A stretch of 64,000 bases of DNA from Escherichia coli (GCF_013315695.1 NZ_CP054353.1); one strand, 5' to 3'; positions 1-12,440 are shown, numbered from the stretch's first letter. The notes: a model not told the origin generated them from the sequence alone. A program made the numbers and translations.

Positions 1-533
1 GCGCGAAGATCATCCACGATCCACGTCTCTCCTGGAACACCGTTGATGTGGTGACTGCCGCAGGCGGCACCCCGGTAATGTCGAAAACCGGACACGCCTT
101 TATTAAAGAACGTATGCGCAAGGAAGACGCTATCTACGGTGGCGAAATGAGCGCCCACCATTACTTCCGTGATTTCGCTTACTGCGACAGCGGCATGATC
201 CCGTGGCTGCTGGTCGCCGAACTGGTGTGCCTGAAAGGAAAAACGCTGGGCGAACTGGTGCGCGACCGGATGGCGGCGTTTCCGGCAAGCGGTGAGATCA
301 ACAGCAAACTGGCGCAACCCGTTGAGGCGATTAACCGCGTGGAACAGCATTTTAGCCGTGAGGCGCTGGCGGTGGATCGCACCGATGGCATCAGCATGAC
401 CTTTGCCGACTGGCGCTTTAACCTGCGCTCCTCCAACACCGAACCGGTGGTGCGGTTGAATGTGGAATCGCGCGGTGATGTGCCGCTGATGGAAGCGCGA
501 ACGCGAACTCTGCTGACGTTGCTGAACGAGTAA
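1..533 (+). CDS. cpsG: Phosphomannomutase, 3' portion (5' end outside window)
   Basis: ORF 48..533 stays open to the window edge. PGM/PMM-family C-terminus. Lies directly upstream of wcaJ as in the colanic acid cluster. Confidence 0.9.
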   Translation, partial: AKIIHDPRLSWNTVDVVTAAGGTPVMSKTGHAFIKERMRKEDAIYGGEMSAHHYFRDFAYCDSGMIPWLLVAELVCLKGKTLGELVRDRMAAFPASGEINSKLAQPVEAINRVEQHFSREALAVDRTDGISMTFADWRFNLRSSNTEPVVRLNVESRGDVPLMEARTRTLLTLLNE

Positions 534-587
534 TGTCGGATCTTCCCTTACCCCACTGCGGGTAAGGGGCTAATAACAGGAACAACG

Positions 588-1982
588 ATGACAAATCTAA
601 AAAAGCGCGAGCGAGCGAAAACCAATGCATCGTTAATCTCTATGGTGCAACGCTTTTCAGATATCACCATCATGTTTGCCGGGCTATGGCTGGTTTGCGA
701 AGTGAGCGGACTGTCATTCCTCTACATGCACCTGTTGGTGGCGCTGATTACGCTGGTGGTGTTCCAGATGCTGGGCGGCATCACCGATTTTTATCGCTCA
801 TGGCGCGGTGTTCGGGCAGCGACAGAATTTGCCCTGCTGCTACAAAACTGGACCTTAAGCGTGATTTTCAGCGCCGGACTGGTGGCGTTCAACAATGATT
901 TCGACACGCAACTGAAAATCTGGCTGGCGTGGTATGGGCTGACCAGTATCGGACTGGTGGTTTGCCGTTCATGTATTCGCATTGGGGCGGGCTGGCTGCG
1001 TAATCATGGCTATAACAAGCGCATGGTCGCCGTAGCGGGGGATTTAGCCGCCGGACAAATGCTGATGGAGAGCTTCCGTAATCAGCCGTGGTTAGGGTTT
1101 GAAGTGGTGGGCGTATACCACGACCCAAAACCGGGCGGCGTTTCTAACGACTGGGCGGGCAATCTGCAACAACTGGTCGAGGATGCGAAAGCGGGCAAGA
1201 TTCATAACGTCTATATCGCGATGCAGATGTGCGACGGCGCGCGAGTGAAAAAACTGGTCCATCAACTGGCGGACACCACCTGTTCGGTGCTGCTGATCCC
1301 CGATGTCTTTACCTTCAACATTCTCCATTCACGCCTCGAAGAGATGAATGGCGTACCGGTGGTGCCGCTGTATGACACGCCGCTTTCCGGGGTTAACCGC
1401 CTGCTCAAACGTGCGGAAGACATTGTGCTGGCGACGCTTATCCTGCTGCTGATCTCCCCGGTGCTGTGCTGCATTGCGCTGGCGGTGAAACTGAGCTCAC
1501 CGGGGCCGGTTATTTTCCGCCAGACTCGCTACGGCATGGATGGCAAACCGATCAAAGTGTGGAAGTTCCGATCCATGAAAGTGATGGAGAACGACAAAGT
1601 GGTGACTCAGGCGACGCAGAACGATCCGCGCGTCACCAAAGTGGGGAACTTTCTGCGCCGCACCTCGCTGGACGAATTGCCGCAGTTTATCAATGTGCTG
1701 ACTGGCGGGATGTCGATTGTCGGTCCACGTCCGCACGCGGTGGCGCATAACGAACAGTATCGACAGCTCATTGAAGGCTACATGCTGCGCCATAAGGTGA
1801 AACCGGGCATTACCGGCTGGGCGCAGATTAATGGCTGGCGTGGCGAAACCGACACGCTGGAGAAAATGGAAAAACGCGTCGAGTTCGACCTTGAGTACAT
1901 CCGCGAATGGAGCGTCTGGTTCGATATCAAAATCGTTTTCCTGACGGTATTCAAGGGCTTCGTTAACAAAGCGGCATATTGA
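588..1982 (+). CDS. wcaJ: Undecaprenyl-phosphate glucose-1-phosphate transferase (colanic acid initiating enzyme)
   Basis: 464 aa with N-terminal TM segments and a C-terminal bacterial sugar-transferase domain (PRPHAVAHNE..KPGITGWAQINGWRGETD). Synteny fits. Confidence 0.95.
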   Translation: MTNLKKRERAKTNASLISMVQRFSDITIMFAGLWLVCEVSGLSFLYMHLLVALITLVVFQMLGGITDFYRSWRGVRAATEFALLLQNWTLSVIFSAGLVAFNNDFDTQLKIWLAWYGLTSIGLVVCRSCIRIGAGWLRNHGYNKRMVAVAGDLAAGQMLMESFRNQPWLGFEVVGVYHDPKPGGVSNDWAGNLQQLVEDAKAGKIHNVYIAMQMCDGARVKKLVHQLADTTCSVLLIPDVFTFNILHSRLEEMNGVPVVPLYDTPLSGVNRLLKRAEDIVLATLILLLISPVLCCIALAVKLSSPGPVIFRQTRYGMDGKPIKVWKFRSMKVMENDKVVTQATQNDPRVTKVGNFLRRTSLDELPQFINVLTGGMSIVGPRPHAVAHNEQYRQLIEGYMLRHKVKPGITGWAQINGWRGETDTLEKMEKRVEFDLEYIREWSVWFDIKIVFLTVFKGFVNKAAY

Positions 1983-1983
1983 T

Positions 1984-3462
1984 ATGAGCTTACGTGAAAA
2001 AACCATCAGCGGCGCGAAGTGGTCGGCGATTGCCACGGTGATCATCATCGGCCTCGGGCTGGTGCAGATGACCGTGCTGGCGCGGATTATCGACAACCAC
2101 CAGTTCGGCCTGCTTACCGTGTCGCTGGTGATTATCGCGCTGGCAGATACGCTTTCTGACTTCGGTATCGCTAACTCGATTATTCAGCGAAAAGAAATCA
2201 GTCACCTGGAACTTACCACGTTGTACTGGCTGAACGTCGGGCTGGGGCTTGTGGTGTGCGTGGCGGTGTTTTTGTTGAGTGATCTCATTGGTGACGTGCT
2301 GAACAACCCAGACCTGGCACCGTTGATTAAAATATTGTCGCTGGCGTTTGTGGTGATCCCCCACGGACAGCAGTTCCGCGCGTTGATGCAAAAAGAGCTG
2401 GAGTTCAACAAAATCGGCATGATCGAAACCAGCGCGGTGCTGGCGGGCTTCACTTTTACGGTGGTTAGCGCCCATTTCTGGCCACTGGCGATGACCGCGA
2501 TCCTCGGTTATCTGGTCAATAGTGCGGTAAGAACGCTGCTGTTTGGCTACTTTGGTCGCAAAATTTATCGCCCCGGTCTGCATTTCTCGCTGGCGTCGGT
2601 GGCACCGAACTTACGCTTTGGTGCCTGGCTGACGGCGGACAGCATCATCAACTATCTCAATACCAACCTTTCAACGCTGGTGCTGGCGCGTATTCTCGGC
2701 GCGGGCGTGGCAGGGGGATACAACCTGGCGTACAACGTGGCCGTTGTGCCGCCGATGAAGCTGAACCCAATCATCACCCGCGTGTTGTTTCCGGCATTTG
2801 CCAAAATTCAGGACGACACCGAAAAGCTGCGCGTTAACTTCTACAAGCTGCTGTCGGTAGTGGGGATTATCAACTTTCCGGCGCTGCTGGGGCTGATGGT
2901 GGTGTCGAATAACTGTGTACCGCTGGTCTTTGGTGAGAAGTGGAACAGCATTATTCCGGTGCTGCAATTGCTGTGTGTGGTGGGGCTGCTGCGCTCAGTG
3001 GGGAACCCGATTGGTTCGCTGCTGATGGCGAAAGCGCGGGTCGATATCAGCTTTAAATTCAACGTATTCAAAACCTTTATGTTTATTCCGGCGATTGTTA
3101 TTGGTGGGCAGATGGCGGGCGCAATCGGCGTCACGCTTGGTTTCCTGCTGGTGCAGATTATCAACACCATTCTGAGCTATTTCGTGATGATTAAACCGGT
3201 GCTCGGTTCCAGTTATCGTCAGTACATCCTGAGTTTGTGGCTGCCGTTTTATCTCTCGCTGCCGACACTGGTGGTCAGTTATGCGCTGGGCCTATTGCTG
3301 AAAGGGCAACTGGCGCTGGGGATGCTGCTGGCGGTGCAAATAGCCGCGGGCGTGCTGGCGTTTGTGGTGATGATTGTGCTGTCGCGCCATCCGCTGGTGG
3401 TGGAAGTGAAGCGTCAGTTTTGTCGCAGCGAAAAAATGAAAATGCTTTTACGGGCGGGGTGA
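1984..3462 (+). CDS. wzxC: Colanic acid repeat-unit flippase (Wzx/MOP family)
   Basis: 492-aa polytopic membrane protein starting 2 nt after the wcaJ stop. Synteny fits. Confidence 0.95.
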   Translation: MSLREKTISGAKWSAIATVIIIGLGLVQMTVLARIIDNHQFGLLTVSLVIIALADTLSDFGIANSIIQRKEISHLELTTLYWLNVGLGLVVCVAVFLLSDLIGDVLNNPDLAPLIKILSLAFVVIPHGQQFRALMQKELEFNKIGMIETSAVLAGFTFTVVSAHFWPLAMTAILGYLVNSAVRTLLFGYFGRKIYRPGLHFSLASVAPNLRFGAWLTADSIINYLNTNLSTLVLARILGAGVAGGYNLAYNVAVVPPMKLNPIITRVLFPAFAKIQDDTEKLRVNFYKLLSVVGIINFPALLGLMVVSNNCVPLVFGEKWNSIIPVLQLLCVVGLLRSVGNPIGSLLMAKARVDISFKFNVFKTFMFIPAIVIGGQMAGAIGVTLGFLLVQIINTILSYFVMIKPVLGSSYRQYILSLWLPFYLSLPTLVVSYALGLLLKGQLALGMLLAVQIAAGVLAFVVMIVLSRHPLVVEVKRQFCRSEKMKMLLRAG

Positions 3463-3490
3463 ATGGCTATCCCCGTAAGGTCGTGCGCAT

Positions 3491-3535
3491 TTTCCCCCTC
3501 ACCCTAACCCTCTCCCCAGGGGGCGAGGGGACTGA
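3491..3535. repeat. GC-rich imperfect palindromic extragenic repeat (Box C-like)
   Basis: TTTCCCCCTCACCCTAACCCTCTCCCCAGGGGGCGAGGGGAC between wzxC and wcaK. Resembles the enterobacterial extragenic repeat that spuriously translates as PLTLTLSP. Family name is from memory. Confidence 0.4.
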
Positions 3536-3623
3536 TCGAGCACAGCTTTGAATATGTCACCGGTTTAACTCTTAATCATCAACCATAGCACCGACGCAAT
3601 TTAGAACTCCTTTTGAGGTCATA

Positions 3624-4904
3624 ATGAAATTACTTATTCTGGGCAACCACACTTGCGGCAATCGTGGCGACAGCGCCATCCTGCGCGGCTTACTTGATGC
3701 CATCAACATCCTCAATCCACACGCCGAAGTGGACGTGATGAGCCGCTATCCGGTCAGTTCTTCCTGGCTGCTCAACCGCCCGGTAATGGGCGATCCGCTG
3801 TTCCTGCAAATGAAAAAACACAACAGCGCGGCGGGCGTTGTCGGGCGCGTTAAAAAAGTCCTCCGTCGCCGCTATCAGCATCAGGTATTGCTCTCACGCG
3901 TCACCGACACTGGCAAGCTGCGTAATATCGCCATCGCCCAGGGATTCACTGACTTCGTGCGCCTGCTGTCAGGTTACGACGCCATTATTCAGGTCGGCGG
4001 ATCGTTTTTTGTCGATCTCTACGGCGTGCCGCAGTTTGAACACGCGCTTTGCACTTTCATGGCGAAAAAGCCGCTATTTATGATTGGTCACAGCGTTGGT
4101 CCATTCCAGGATGAGCAATTTAACCAACTGGCGAACTACGTTTTTGGTCACTGCGACGCGCTGATCCTGCGCGAATCGGTCAGCCTTGAACTGATGAAAC
4201 GCAGCAATATCACCACCGCAAAAGTCGAACATGGCGTCGATACTGCGTGGCTGGTCGATCACCACACAGAAGACTTCACCGCCAGCTATGCCGTTCAACA
4301 CTGGCTGGACGTTGCCGCACAACAGAAAACGGTAGCAATTACCCTGCGCGAACTGGCACCGTTCGACAAACGTCTCGGCACCACTCAGCAAGCGTATGAA
4401 AAAGCCTTTGCCGGGGTGGTCAATCGCATTCTCGACGAAGGGTATCAGGTGATTGCGCTTTCCACCTGTACGGGCATCGACAGCTATAACAAAGACGACC
4501 GCATGGTGGCGCTCAATCTTCGCCAGCACATCAGCGATCCTGCCCGTTACCACGTGGTGATGGATGAACTCAACGATCTGGAAATGGGCAAAATTCTGGG
4601 GGCCTGTGAACTCACCGTCGGTACGCGCCTGCACTCTGCCATTATCTCGATGAACTTTGCCACTCCGGCGATTGCCATCAACTATGAACATAAATCCGCC
4701 GGGATTATGCAACAACTGGGGCTACCAGAGATGGCAATTGATATCCGTCATTTATTAGACGGCAGCCTGCAAGCGATGGTTGCGGATACCTTAGGCCAGC
4801 TTCCGGCACTGAACACGCGACTTAACGAAGCCGTCAGTCGCGAACGTCAGACGGGAATGCAGATGGTGAAATCTGTGCTTGAACGCATCGGGGAGGCGAA
4901 ATGA
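3624..4904 (+). CDS. wcaK: Colanic acid pyruvyl transferase
   Basis: 426 aa, polysaccharide pyruvyl-transferase family. ATGA stop/start overlap with wcaL. Synteny fits. Confidence 0.93.
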   Translation: MKLLILGNHTCGNRGDSAILRGLLDAINILNPHAEVDVMSRYPVSSSWLLNRPVMGDPLFLQMKKHNSAAGVVGRVKKVLRRRYQHQVLLSRVTDTGKLRNIAIAQGFTDFVRLLSGYDAIIQVGGSFFVDLYGVPQFEHALCTFMAKKPLFMIGHSVGPFQDEQFNQLANYVFGHCDALILRESVSLELMKRSNITTAKVEHGVDTAWLVDHHTEDFTASYAVQHWLDVAAQQKTVAITLRELAPFDKRLGTTQQAYEKAFAGVVNRILDEGYQVIALSTCTGIDSYNKDDRMVALNLRQHISDPARYHVVMDELNDLEMGKILGACELTVGTRLHSAIISMNFATPAIAINYEHKSAGIMQQLGLPEMAIDIRHLLDGSLQAMVADTLGQLPALNTRLNEAVSRERQTGMQMVKSVLERIGEAK

Positions 4905-6121
4905 AGGTCGGCTTCTTTTTACTGAAATTTCCACTGTCGTCGGAAACCTTCGTCCTCAATCAAATTACCGCGTTTATTGATATGGGCTTTGAGGTGGAGA
5001 TTGTCGCGCTGCAAAAAGGCGACACACAAAACACCCACGCGGCATGGACAAAATATAACCTTGCCGCCAGAACCCGCTGGTTACAGGACGAGCCACAAGG
5101 CAAAGTGGCGAAACTGCGCCACCGCGCCAGCCAGACGTTGCGCGGTATTCATCGTAAAAATACCTGGCAGGCGCTTAACCTCAAACGCTATGGTGCTGAG
5201 TCGCGGAACCTGATTTTGTCTGCCATTTGCGGCCAGGTCGCAACACCGTTTCATGCCGATGTGTTTATCGCTCATTTTGGCCCTGCTGGGGTAACCGCGG
5301 CAAAACTACGCGAACTGGGTGTCATTCGCGGCAAAATTGCCACTATCTTCCACGGTATTGATATCTCCAGTCGGGAAGTGCTCAACCACTACACTCCCGA
5401 ATATCAACAACTGTTTCGCCGTGGCGACCTGATGTTACCAATAAGCAATCTGTGGGCCGGAAGGCTGCAAAAAATGGGCTGCCCGAGGGAAAAAATCGCC
5501 GTATCGCGCATGGGCGTGGACATGACGCGTTTTAGCCCGCGTCCGGTGAAAGCGCCCGCAACGCCGCTGGAAATCATCTCCGTCGCACGCTTAACCGAGA
5601 AAAAAGGCCTGCATGTGGCGATTGAAGCCTGCCGCCAGTTGAAAGAGCAGGGCGTGGCATTTCGCTATCGCATCCTCGGCATTGGCCCGTGGGAACGACG
5701 CCTGCGCACCCTCATCGAACAATATCAACTGGAAGATGTGATAGAGATGCCGGGCTTTAAACCGAGCCATGAAGTGAAAGCGATGCTCGATGACGCGGAT
5801 GTCTTCCTGTTGCCATCGGTTACAGGTGCGGATGGCGATATGGAAGGTATTCCGGTGGCGCTAATGGAAGCGATGGCGGTTGGCATTCCGGTTGTTTCTA
5901 CTCTGCACAGCGGAATACCGGAACTGGTGGAGGCCGATAAATCCGGTTGGCTGGTGCCTGAGAACGATGCCTGTGCACTGGCGCAACGACTGGCGGCGTT
6001 TAGCCAACTGGACACCGACGAACTTACTACGGTTGTCAAACGTGCGCGCGAAAAAGTCGAACACGATTTTAACCAGCAGGTGATCAATCGAGAACTCGCC
6101 AGCTTGCTGCAGGCTTTATAG
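4901..6121 (+). CDS. wcaL: Colanic acid glycosyltransferase (GT4-like)
   Basis: 406 aa with a GT-B/GT4 C-terminal domain ([20 protein letters not shown]). Synteny fits. Confidence 0.93.
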   Translation: MKVGFFLLKFPLSSETFVLNQITAFIDMGFEVEIVALQKGDTQNTHAAWTKYNLAARTRWLQDEPQGKVAKLRHRASQTLRGIHRKNTWQALNLKRYGAESRNLILSAICGQVATPFHADVFIAHFGPAGVTAAKLRELGVIRGKIATIFHGIDISSREVLNHYTPEYQQLFRRGDLMLPISNLWAGRLQKMGCPREKIAVSRMGVDMTRFSPRPVKAPATPLEIISVARLTEKKGLHVAIEACRQLKEQGVAFRYRILGIGPWERRLRTLIEQYQLEDVIEMPGFKPSHEVKAMLDDADVFLLPSVTGADGDMEGIPVALMEAMAVGIPVVSTLHSGIPELVEADKSGWLVPENDACALAQRLAAFSQLDTDELTTVVKRAREKVEHDFNQQVINRELASLLQAL

Positions 6122-6131
6122 AGGAGAACGT

Positions 6132-7526
6132 ATGCCATTTAAAAAACTCTCCCGACGCACCTTCCTGACGGCAAGCTCGGCGCTTGCCTTCCTCCATACC
6201 CCTTTCGCTCGCGCGCTTCCCGCCCGACAAATCGTTAACATTAACGACTACAACCCACACGACTGGATCGCCTCATTTAAACAAGCCTTCAGCGAAGGGC
6301 AAACGGTCGTCGTGCCTGCCGGATTCGTTTGTGAAAATATCAACACCGGCATCTTCATTCCTCCTGGCAAAACGTTGCACATCCTTGGAAGCCTGCGCGG
6401 CAACGGCAGAGGGCGTTTTGTCTTACAAGACGGCAGCCAGGTGACAGGGGAGAAGGGCGGCCGTATGCATAACATCACCCTGGATGTGCGCGGTTCTGAC
6501 TGCATCATCAAAGGGTTGGCGATGAGCGGTTTTGGCCCGGTAACGCAGATTTATATCGGCGGCAAAAATAAACGCGTCATGCGCAACTTGACCATCGATA
6601 ACCTGACCGTCAGCCACGCTAATTACGCCATTTTACGCCAGGGATTTCATAACCAGATTATCGGTGCCAACATCACCAATTGTAAGTTCAGCGACTTACA
6701 GGGCGACGCCATTGAATGGAATGTAGCAATCAATGATCGCGACATTTTGATATCCGACCATGTCATCGAGCGCATCAACTGTACTAACGGCAAAATCAAC
6801 TGGGGTATTGGCATAGGACTGGCAGGAAGTACTTACGATAATAATTATCCGGAAAACCAGGCAGTGAAAAACTTTGTCGTTGCGAATATCACGGGATCAG
6901 ATTGTCGGCAACTGATCCATGTTGAAAATGGTAAACATTTTGTTATCCGTAATATCAAAGCTCGTAATATCACGCCGGATTTCAGTAAGAAAGCAGGTAT
7001 TGATAACGCCACAGTTGCTATTTATGGTTGTGACAACTTTGTGATTGATAATATTGAAATGATTAATAGTGCCGGGATGTTAATCGGCTATGGGGTAATT
7101 AAAGGCAAATATCTCTCGATACCGCAGAATTTCCGAGTGAATGATATTCAACTGGATAATACTCATCTTGCTTATAAATTGCGCGGCATCCAAATCTCCG
7201 CCGGGAATGCTGTCTCCTTTGTGGCGCTGACTAACATTGAGATGAAGCGTGCGTCGCTGGAGTTACACAACAAACCGCAACATCTTTTTATGCGAAATAT
7301 CAATGTGATGCAGGAATCCTCAGTTGGACCCGCATTGAGCATGAACTTTGACATGCGCAAAGACGTTCGCGGCGTGTTTATGGCGAAAAAAGAAACACTG
7401 CTGTCTCTTGCAAATGTTCATGCGGTGAATGAAAAAGGACAAATCTCCGTCGATATCGACAGGATTAATCACCATATTGTTAATGTGGAGAAGATTAACT
7501 TTAGATTGCCAGAACGGAGGGAGTAG
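6132..7526 (+). CDS. wcaM: Colanic acid biosynthesis protein WcaM
   Basis: 464 aa. Twin-arginine-like signal ([18 protein letters not shown]). Last gene of the cluster before galF. Confidence 0.9.
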   Translation: MPFKKLSRRTFLTASSALAFLHTPFARALPARQIVNINDYNPHDWIASFKQAFSEGQTVVVPAGFVCENINTGIFIPPGKTLHILGSLRGNGRGRFVLQDGSQVTGEKGGRMHNITLDVRGSDCIIKGLAMSGFGPVTQIYIGGKNKRVMRNLTIDNLTVSHANYAILRQGFHNQIIGANITNCKFSDLQGDAIEWNVAINDRDILISDHVIERINCTNGKINWGIGIGLAGSTYDNNYPENQAVKNFVVANITGSDCRQLIHVENGKHFVIRNIKARNITPDFSKKAGIDNATVAIYGCDNFVIDNIEMINSAGMLIGYGVIKGKYLSIPQNFRVNDIQLDNTHLAYKLRGIQISAGNAVSFVALTNIEMKRASLELHNKPQHLFMRNINVMQESSVGPALSMNFDMRKDVRGVFMAKKETLLSLANVHAVNEKGQISVDIDRINHHIVNVEKINFRLPERRE

Positions 7527-7700
7527 ATTTGCGACCATTCCTGGAAAAATGGAGTCATACTTAGGAACAATGCTACTGCAATCCACAACGAAGCGGCGTA
7601 ACATCACAAGTAATTCAGTAATCAATTCAGGGTAATTGATGCTGGCGAAAAAAATCGAACAAGCTATAATTCAGCAACCATTTTACAGGTGGATGAAATA

Positions 7701-8594
7701 ATGACGAATTTAAAAGCAGTTATTCCTGTAGCGGGTCTTGGGATGCATATGTTGCCTGCCACTAAGGCGATTCCCAAAGAGATGCTACCGATCGTCGACA
7801 AGCCAATGATTCAGTACATCGTTGACGAGATTGTGGCTGCAGGGATCAAAGAAATCCTCCTGGTAACTCACGCTTCCAAGAACGCGGTCGAAAACCACTT
7901 CGACACCTCTTATGAATTAGAATCTCTCCTTGAACAGCGCGTGAAGCGTCAACTGCTGGCGGAAGTACAGTCCATTTGCCCGCCGGGCGTGACAATTATG
8001 AACGTGCGTCAGGGCGAACCTTTAGGTTTGGGCCACTCCATTTTATGTGCACGACCTGCCATTGGTGACAATCCATTTGTCGTGGTGCTGCCAGACGTTG
8101 TGATCGACGACGCCAGCGCCGACCCGCTGCGCTACAACCTTGCTGCCATGATTGCGCGCTTCAACGAAACGGGCCGCAGCCAGGTGCTGGCAAAACGTAT
8201 GCCGGGTGACCTCTCTGAATACTCTGTCATCCAGACCAAAGAGCCGCTGGACCGCGAAGGTAAAGTCAGCCGCATTGTTGAATTCATCGAAAAACCGGAT
8301 CAGCCGCAGACGCTGGACTCAGACATCATGGCCGTTGGTCGCTATGTGCTTTCTGCCGATATTTGGCCGGAACTGGAACGCACGCAGCCTGGTGCATGGG
8401 GGCGTATTCAGCTGACTGATGCCATTGCCGAACTGGCGAAAAAACAGTCCGTTGATGCCATGCTGATGACCGGCGACAGCTACGACTGCGGTAAAAAAAT
8501 GGGTTATATGCAAGCGTTCGTGAAGTATGGACTACGCAACCTCAAAGAAGGGGCGAAGTTCCGTAAAGGGATTGAGAAGCTGTTAAGCGAATAA
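7701..8594 (+). CDS. galF: UTP-glucose-1-phosphate uridylyltransferase-like subunit GalF
   Basis: Nucleotidyltransferase fold ([30 protein letters not shown]). Start placed at ATG 7701 (MTNLKAV); the ORF track begins at an upstream GTG. Confidence 0.95.
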   Translation: MTNLKAVIPVAGLGMHMLPATKAIPKEMLPIVDKPMIQYIVDEIVAAGIKEILLVTHASKNAVENHFDTSYELESLLEQRVKRQLLAEVQSICPPGVTIMNVRQGEPLGLGHSILCARPAIGDNPFVVVLPDVVIDDASADPLRYNLAAMIARFNETGRSQVLAKRMPGDLSEYSVIQTKEPLDREGKVSRIVEFIEKPDQPQTLDSDIMAVGRYVLSADIWPELERTQPGAWGRIQLTDAIAELAKKQSVDAMLMTGDSYDCGKKMGYMQAFVKYGLRNLKEGAKFRKGIEKLLSE

Positions 8595-8852
8595 TGAAAA
8601 TCTGACCGGATGTAACGGTTGATAAGAAAATTATAACGGCAGTGAAGATTAGCGGCGAAAGTAATTTGTCGCGAATTTTCCTGCCGTTGTTTTATATAAA
8701 CAATCAGAATAACAACGACTTAGCAATAGGATTTTAGTCAAAGTTTTCCAGGATTTTCCTTGTTTCCAGAGCGGATTGGTAAGACAATTAGCGCTTGAAT
8801 TTTTCGAGTTAAGCGCGAGTGGGTAACGCTCGTCACATCGTAGGAATGCATG

Positions 8853-8891
8853 CAGTGCTCTGGTAGCTGTAAAGCCAGGGGCGGTAGCGTG
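8853..8891 (+). promoter_or_regulatory. JUMPstart element containing the ops site (RfaH-dependent antitermination)
   Basis: CAGTGCTCTGGTAGCTGTAAAGCCAGGGGCGGTAGCGTG. ops core GGCGGTAGCGTG is at 8880..8891, 76 bp upstream of rmlB. Confidence 0.85.
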
Positions 8892-8966
8892 CATTAATAC
8901 CTCTATTAATCAAACTGAGAGCCGCTTATTTCACAGCATGCTCTGAAGTAATATGGAATAAATTAA

Positions 8967-10052
8967 GTGAAGATACTTGTTACTGGGGGCGCAGGATTTA
9001 TTGGTTCTGCTGTAGTTCGTCACATTATAAATAATACGCAGGATAGTGTTGTTAATGTCGATAAATTAACGTACGCCGGAAACCTGGAATCACTTGCTGA
9101 TGTTTCTGACTCTGAACGCTATGTTTTTGAACATGCGGATATTTGCGATGCTGCTGCAATGGCGCGGATTTTTGCTCAGCATCAGCCGGATGCAGTGATG
9201 CACCTGGCTGCTGAAAGCCATGTGGATCGTTCAATTACAGGCCCTGCGGCATTTATTGAAACCAATATTGTTGGTACTTATGTCCTTTTGGAAGCGGCTC
9301 GCAATTACTGGTCTGCTCTTGATGGCGACAAGAAAAATAGCTTCCGTTTTCATCATATTTCTACTGACGAAGTCTATGGTGATTTGCCTCATCCTGACGA
9401 AGTAAATAATAAAGAACAATTACCCCTCTTTACTGAGACGACAGCTTACGCGCCTAGTAGTCCTTATTCCGCATCAAAAGCATCCAGCGATCATTTAGTC
9501 CGCGCGTGGAAACGTACCTATGGTTTACCGACTATTGTGACTAACTGTTCGAATAACTACGGTCCTTATCACTTTCCGGAAAAATTGATTCCACTAGTAA
9601 TTCTTAATGCTCTGGAAGGTAAGGCATTACCTATTTATGGCAAAGGGGATCAAATTCGTGACTGGCTGTATGTTGAAGATCATGCGCGTGCGTTATATAC
9701 CGTAGTTACTGAAGGTCAAGCGGGTGAAACCTATAACATTGGCGGACACAACGAAAAGAAAAACATCGATGTTGTGCTGACTATTTGTGATTTGTTGGAC
9801 GAGATAGTCCCGAAAGAGAAATCTTATCGTGAGCAAATTACTTATGTTGCTGATCGCCCAGGGCATGATCGCCGTTATGCGATTGATGCTGAGAAGATTG
9901 GTCGCGAATTGGGATGGAAACCACAGGAAACGTTTGAGAGTGGGATTCGTAAAACGGTGGAATGGTATTTGGCTAATGCAAAATGGGTTGATAATGTGAA
10001 AAGTGGTGCCTATCAATCGTGGATTGAACAGAACTATGAGGGCCGCCAGTAA
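8967..10052 (+). CDS. rfbB: dTDP-glucose 4,6-dehydratase
   Basis: 361 aa, GTG start, SDR fold ([13 protein letters not shown]). Confidence 0.95.
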   Translation: MKILVTGGAGFIGSAVVRHIINNTQDSVVNVDKLTYAGNLESLADVSDSERYVFEHADICDAAAMARIFAQHQPDAVMHLAAESHVDRSITGPAAFIETNIVGTYVLLEAARNYWSALDGDKKNSFRFHHISTDEVYGDLPHPDEVNNKEQLPLFTETTAYAPSSPYSASKASSDHLVRAWKRTYGLPTIVTNCSNNYGPYHFPEKLIPLVILNALEGKALPIYGKGDQIRDWLYVEDHARALYTVVTEGQAGETYNIGGHNEKKNIDVVLTICDLLDEIVPKEKSYREQITYVADRPGHDRRYAIDAEKIGRELGWKPQETFESGIRKTVEWYLANAKWVDNVKSGAYQSWIEQNYEGRQ

Positions 10053-10951
10053 TGAATATCCTCCTTTTTGGCAAAACAGGGCAGGTAGGTTGGGAACTAC
10101 AGCGTGCTCTGGCACCTCTGGGTAATTTGATTGCTCTTGATGTTCACTCCACTGATTACTGTGGTGATTTTAGTAACCCTGAAGGTGTGGCTGAAACAGT
10201 CAAAAGAATTCGACCTGATGTTATTGTTAATGCTGCGGCTCACACCGCAGTAGATAAGGCTGAGTCAGAACCCGAATTTGCACAATTACTCAATGCGACT
10301 AGCGTTGAATCAATTGCAAAAGCGGCAAATGAAGTTGGGGCTTGGGTAATTCATTACTCAACTGACTACGTATTCCCTGGAAATGGCGACACGCCATGGC
10401 TGGAGATGGATGCAACCGCACCGCTAAATGTTTACGGTGAAACCAAGTTAGCTGGAGAAAAAGCATTACAAGAGCATTGTGCGAAGCACCTAATTTTCCG
10501 TACCAGCTGGGTCTATGCAGGTAAAGGAAATAATTTCGCCAAAACGATGTTGCGTCTGGCAAAAGAGCGTGAAGAACTAGCCGTTATTAATGATCAGTTT
10601 GGTGCGCCAACAGGTGCTGAACTGCTGGCTGATTGTACGGCACATGCCATTCGTGTCGCACTGAATAAACCGGATGTCGCAGGCTTGTACCATTTGGTAG
10701 CCAGTGGTACCACAACCTGGTACGATTATGCTGCGCTGGTTTTTGAAGAGGCGCGCAATGCAGGCATTCCTCTTGCACTCAACAAGCTCAACGCAGTACC
10801 AACAACTGCCTATCCTACACCAGCTCGTCGTCCACATAACTCTCGCCTTAATACAGAAAAATTTCAGCAGAATTTTGCGCTTGTATTGCCTGACTGGCAG
10901 GTTGGTGTGAAACGCATGCTCAACGAATTATTTACGACTACAGCAATTTAA
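10052..10951 (+). CDS. rfbD: dTDP-4-dehydrorhamnose reductase
   Basis: 299 aa, RmlD family. Start overlaps the rfbB stop by 1 nt. Confidence 0.95.
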   Translation: MNILLFGKTGQVGWELQRALAPLGNLIALDVHSTDYCGDFSNPEGVAETVKRIRPDVIVNAAAHTAVDKAESEPEFAQLLNATSVESIAKAANEVGAWVIHYSTDYVFPGNGDTPWLEMDATAPLNVYGETKLAGEKALQEHCAKHLIFRTSWVYAGKGNNFAKTMLRLAKEREELAVINDQFGAPTGAELLADCTAHAIRVALNKPDVAGLYHLVASGTTTWYDYAALVFEEARNAGIPLALNKLNAVPTTAYPTPARRPHNSRLNTEKFQQNFALVLPDWQVGVKRMLNELFTTTAI

Positions 10952-11008
10952 TAGTTTTTGCATCTTGTTCGTGATGGTGGAGCAAGATGAATTAAAAGGA
11001 ATGATGAA

Positions 11009-11887
11009 ATGAAAACGCGTAAAGGTATTATTTTAGCGGGTGGTTCTGGTACTCGTCTTTATCCTGTGACTATGGTCGTCAGTAAACAGCTATTACCTAT
11101 ATATGATAAACCGATGATCTATTATCCGCTTTCTACACTGATGTTAGCGGGTATTCGCGATATTCTGATTATTAGTACGCCACAGGATACTCCTCGTTTT
11201 CAACAACTGCTGGGTGACGGTAGCCAGTGGGGCCTGAATCTTCAGTACAAAGTGCAACCGAGTCCGGATGGTCTTGCGCAGGCATTTATTATCGGTGAAG
11301 AGTTTATTGGTGGTGATGATTGTGCTTTGGTACTTGGTGATAATATCTTCTACGGTCACGACCTGCCTAAGTTAATGGATGCCGCTGTTAACAAAGAAAG
11401 TGGTGCAACGGTATTTGCCTATCACGTTAATGATCCTGAACGCTATGGTGTCGTTGAGTTTGATAAAAACGGTACGGCGATCAGCCTGGAAGAAAAACCG
11501 CTACAACCAAAAAGTAATTATGCGGTAACCGGGCTTTATTTTTATGATAACGACGTTGTCGAAATGGCGAAAAATCTTAAGCCTTCTGCCCGCGGTGAAC
11601 TGGAAATTACCGATATTAACCGTATCTATATGGAACAAGGGCGTTTATCTGTTGCCATGATGGGGCGTGGTTATGCGTGGTTAGACACGGGGACACATCA
11701 GAGCCTGATTGAGGCAAGCAACTTTATTGCAACAATTGAAGAGCGTCAGGGGCTGAAAGTTTCCTGCCCGGAAGAAATTGCTTACCGTAAAGGGTTTGTT
11801 GATGCTGAGCAGGTGAAAGTATTAGCTGAACCTCTGAAAAAAAATGCTTATGGTCAGTATCTGCTGAAAATGATTAAAGGTTATTAA
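11009..11887 (+). CDS. rfbA: Glucose-1-phosphate thymidylyltransferase
   Basis: 292 aa with GGSGTRLYP motif, RmlA family. Confidence 0.95.
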   Translation: MKTRKGIILAGGSGTRLYPVTMVVSKQLLPIYDKPMIYYPLSTLMLAGIRDILIISTPQDTPRFQQLLGDGSQWGLNLQYKVQPSPDGLAQAFIIGEEFIGGDDCALVLGDNIFYGHDLPKLMDAAVNKESGATVFAYHVNDPERYGVVEFDKNGTAISLEEKPLQPKSNYAVTGLYFYDNDVVEMAKNLKPSARGELEITDINRIYMEQGRLSVAMMGRGYAWLDTGTHQSLIEASNFIATIEERQGLKVSCPEEIAYRKGFVDAEQVKVLAEPLKKNAYGQYLLKMIKGY

Positions 11888-11891
11888 TAAA

Positions 11892-12440
11892 ATGAACGTA
11901 ATTAAAACAGAAATTCCTGATGTACTGATTTTTGAACCGAAAGTTTTTGGTGATGAGCGTGGTTTCTTTTTTGAGAGCTTTAACCAGAAGGTTTTTGAGG
12001 AAGCTGTAGGCCGCAAAGTTGAATTTGTTCAGGATAACCATTCGAAGTCTAGTAAAGGTGTTTTACGCGGGCTGCATTATCAGTTGGAACCTTATGCACA
12101 AGGAAAATTGGTGCGTTGCGTTGTCGGTGAAGTTTTTGACGTAGCTGTTGATATTCGTAAATCGTCATCGACTTTTGGCAAATGGGTTGGGGTGAATTTA
12201 TCTGCTGAGAATAAGCGGCAATTGTGGATTCCTGAGGGATTTGCACATGGTTTTTTAGTGCTGAGTGAGACGGCGGAGTTTTTGTATAAGACGACAAATT
12301 ATTATCATCCTCAGAGTGATAGAGGAATAAAATGGGATGATCCAAGCATCAATATTTCATGGCCAGTCGATTCACAAGTGCTGCTATCAGCTAAAGATAA
12401 TAAGCATCCTCCATTAACAAAGATTGAAATGTATAGTTAA
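11892..12440 (+). CDS. rfbC: dTDP-4-dehydrorhamnose 3,5-epimerase
   Basis: 182 aa, RmlC cupin (FGDERGFFFESF, LRGLHYQ). Confidence 0.95.
   Translation: MNVIKTEIPDVLIFEPKVFGDERGFFFESFNQKVFEEAVGRKVEFVQDNHSKSSKGVLRGLHYQLEPYAQGKLVRCVVGEVFDVAVDIRKSSSTFGKWVGVNLSAENKRQLWIPEGFAHGFLVLSETAEFLYKTTNYYHPQSDRGIKWDDPSINISWPVDSQVLLSAKDNKHPPLTKIEMYS

Noticed and set aside
1497-2583. 199-aa and 197-aa minus-strand ORFs
   Set aside because: Antisense shadows of wcaJ and wzxC in GC-rich coding DNA.
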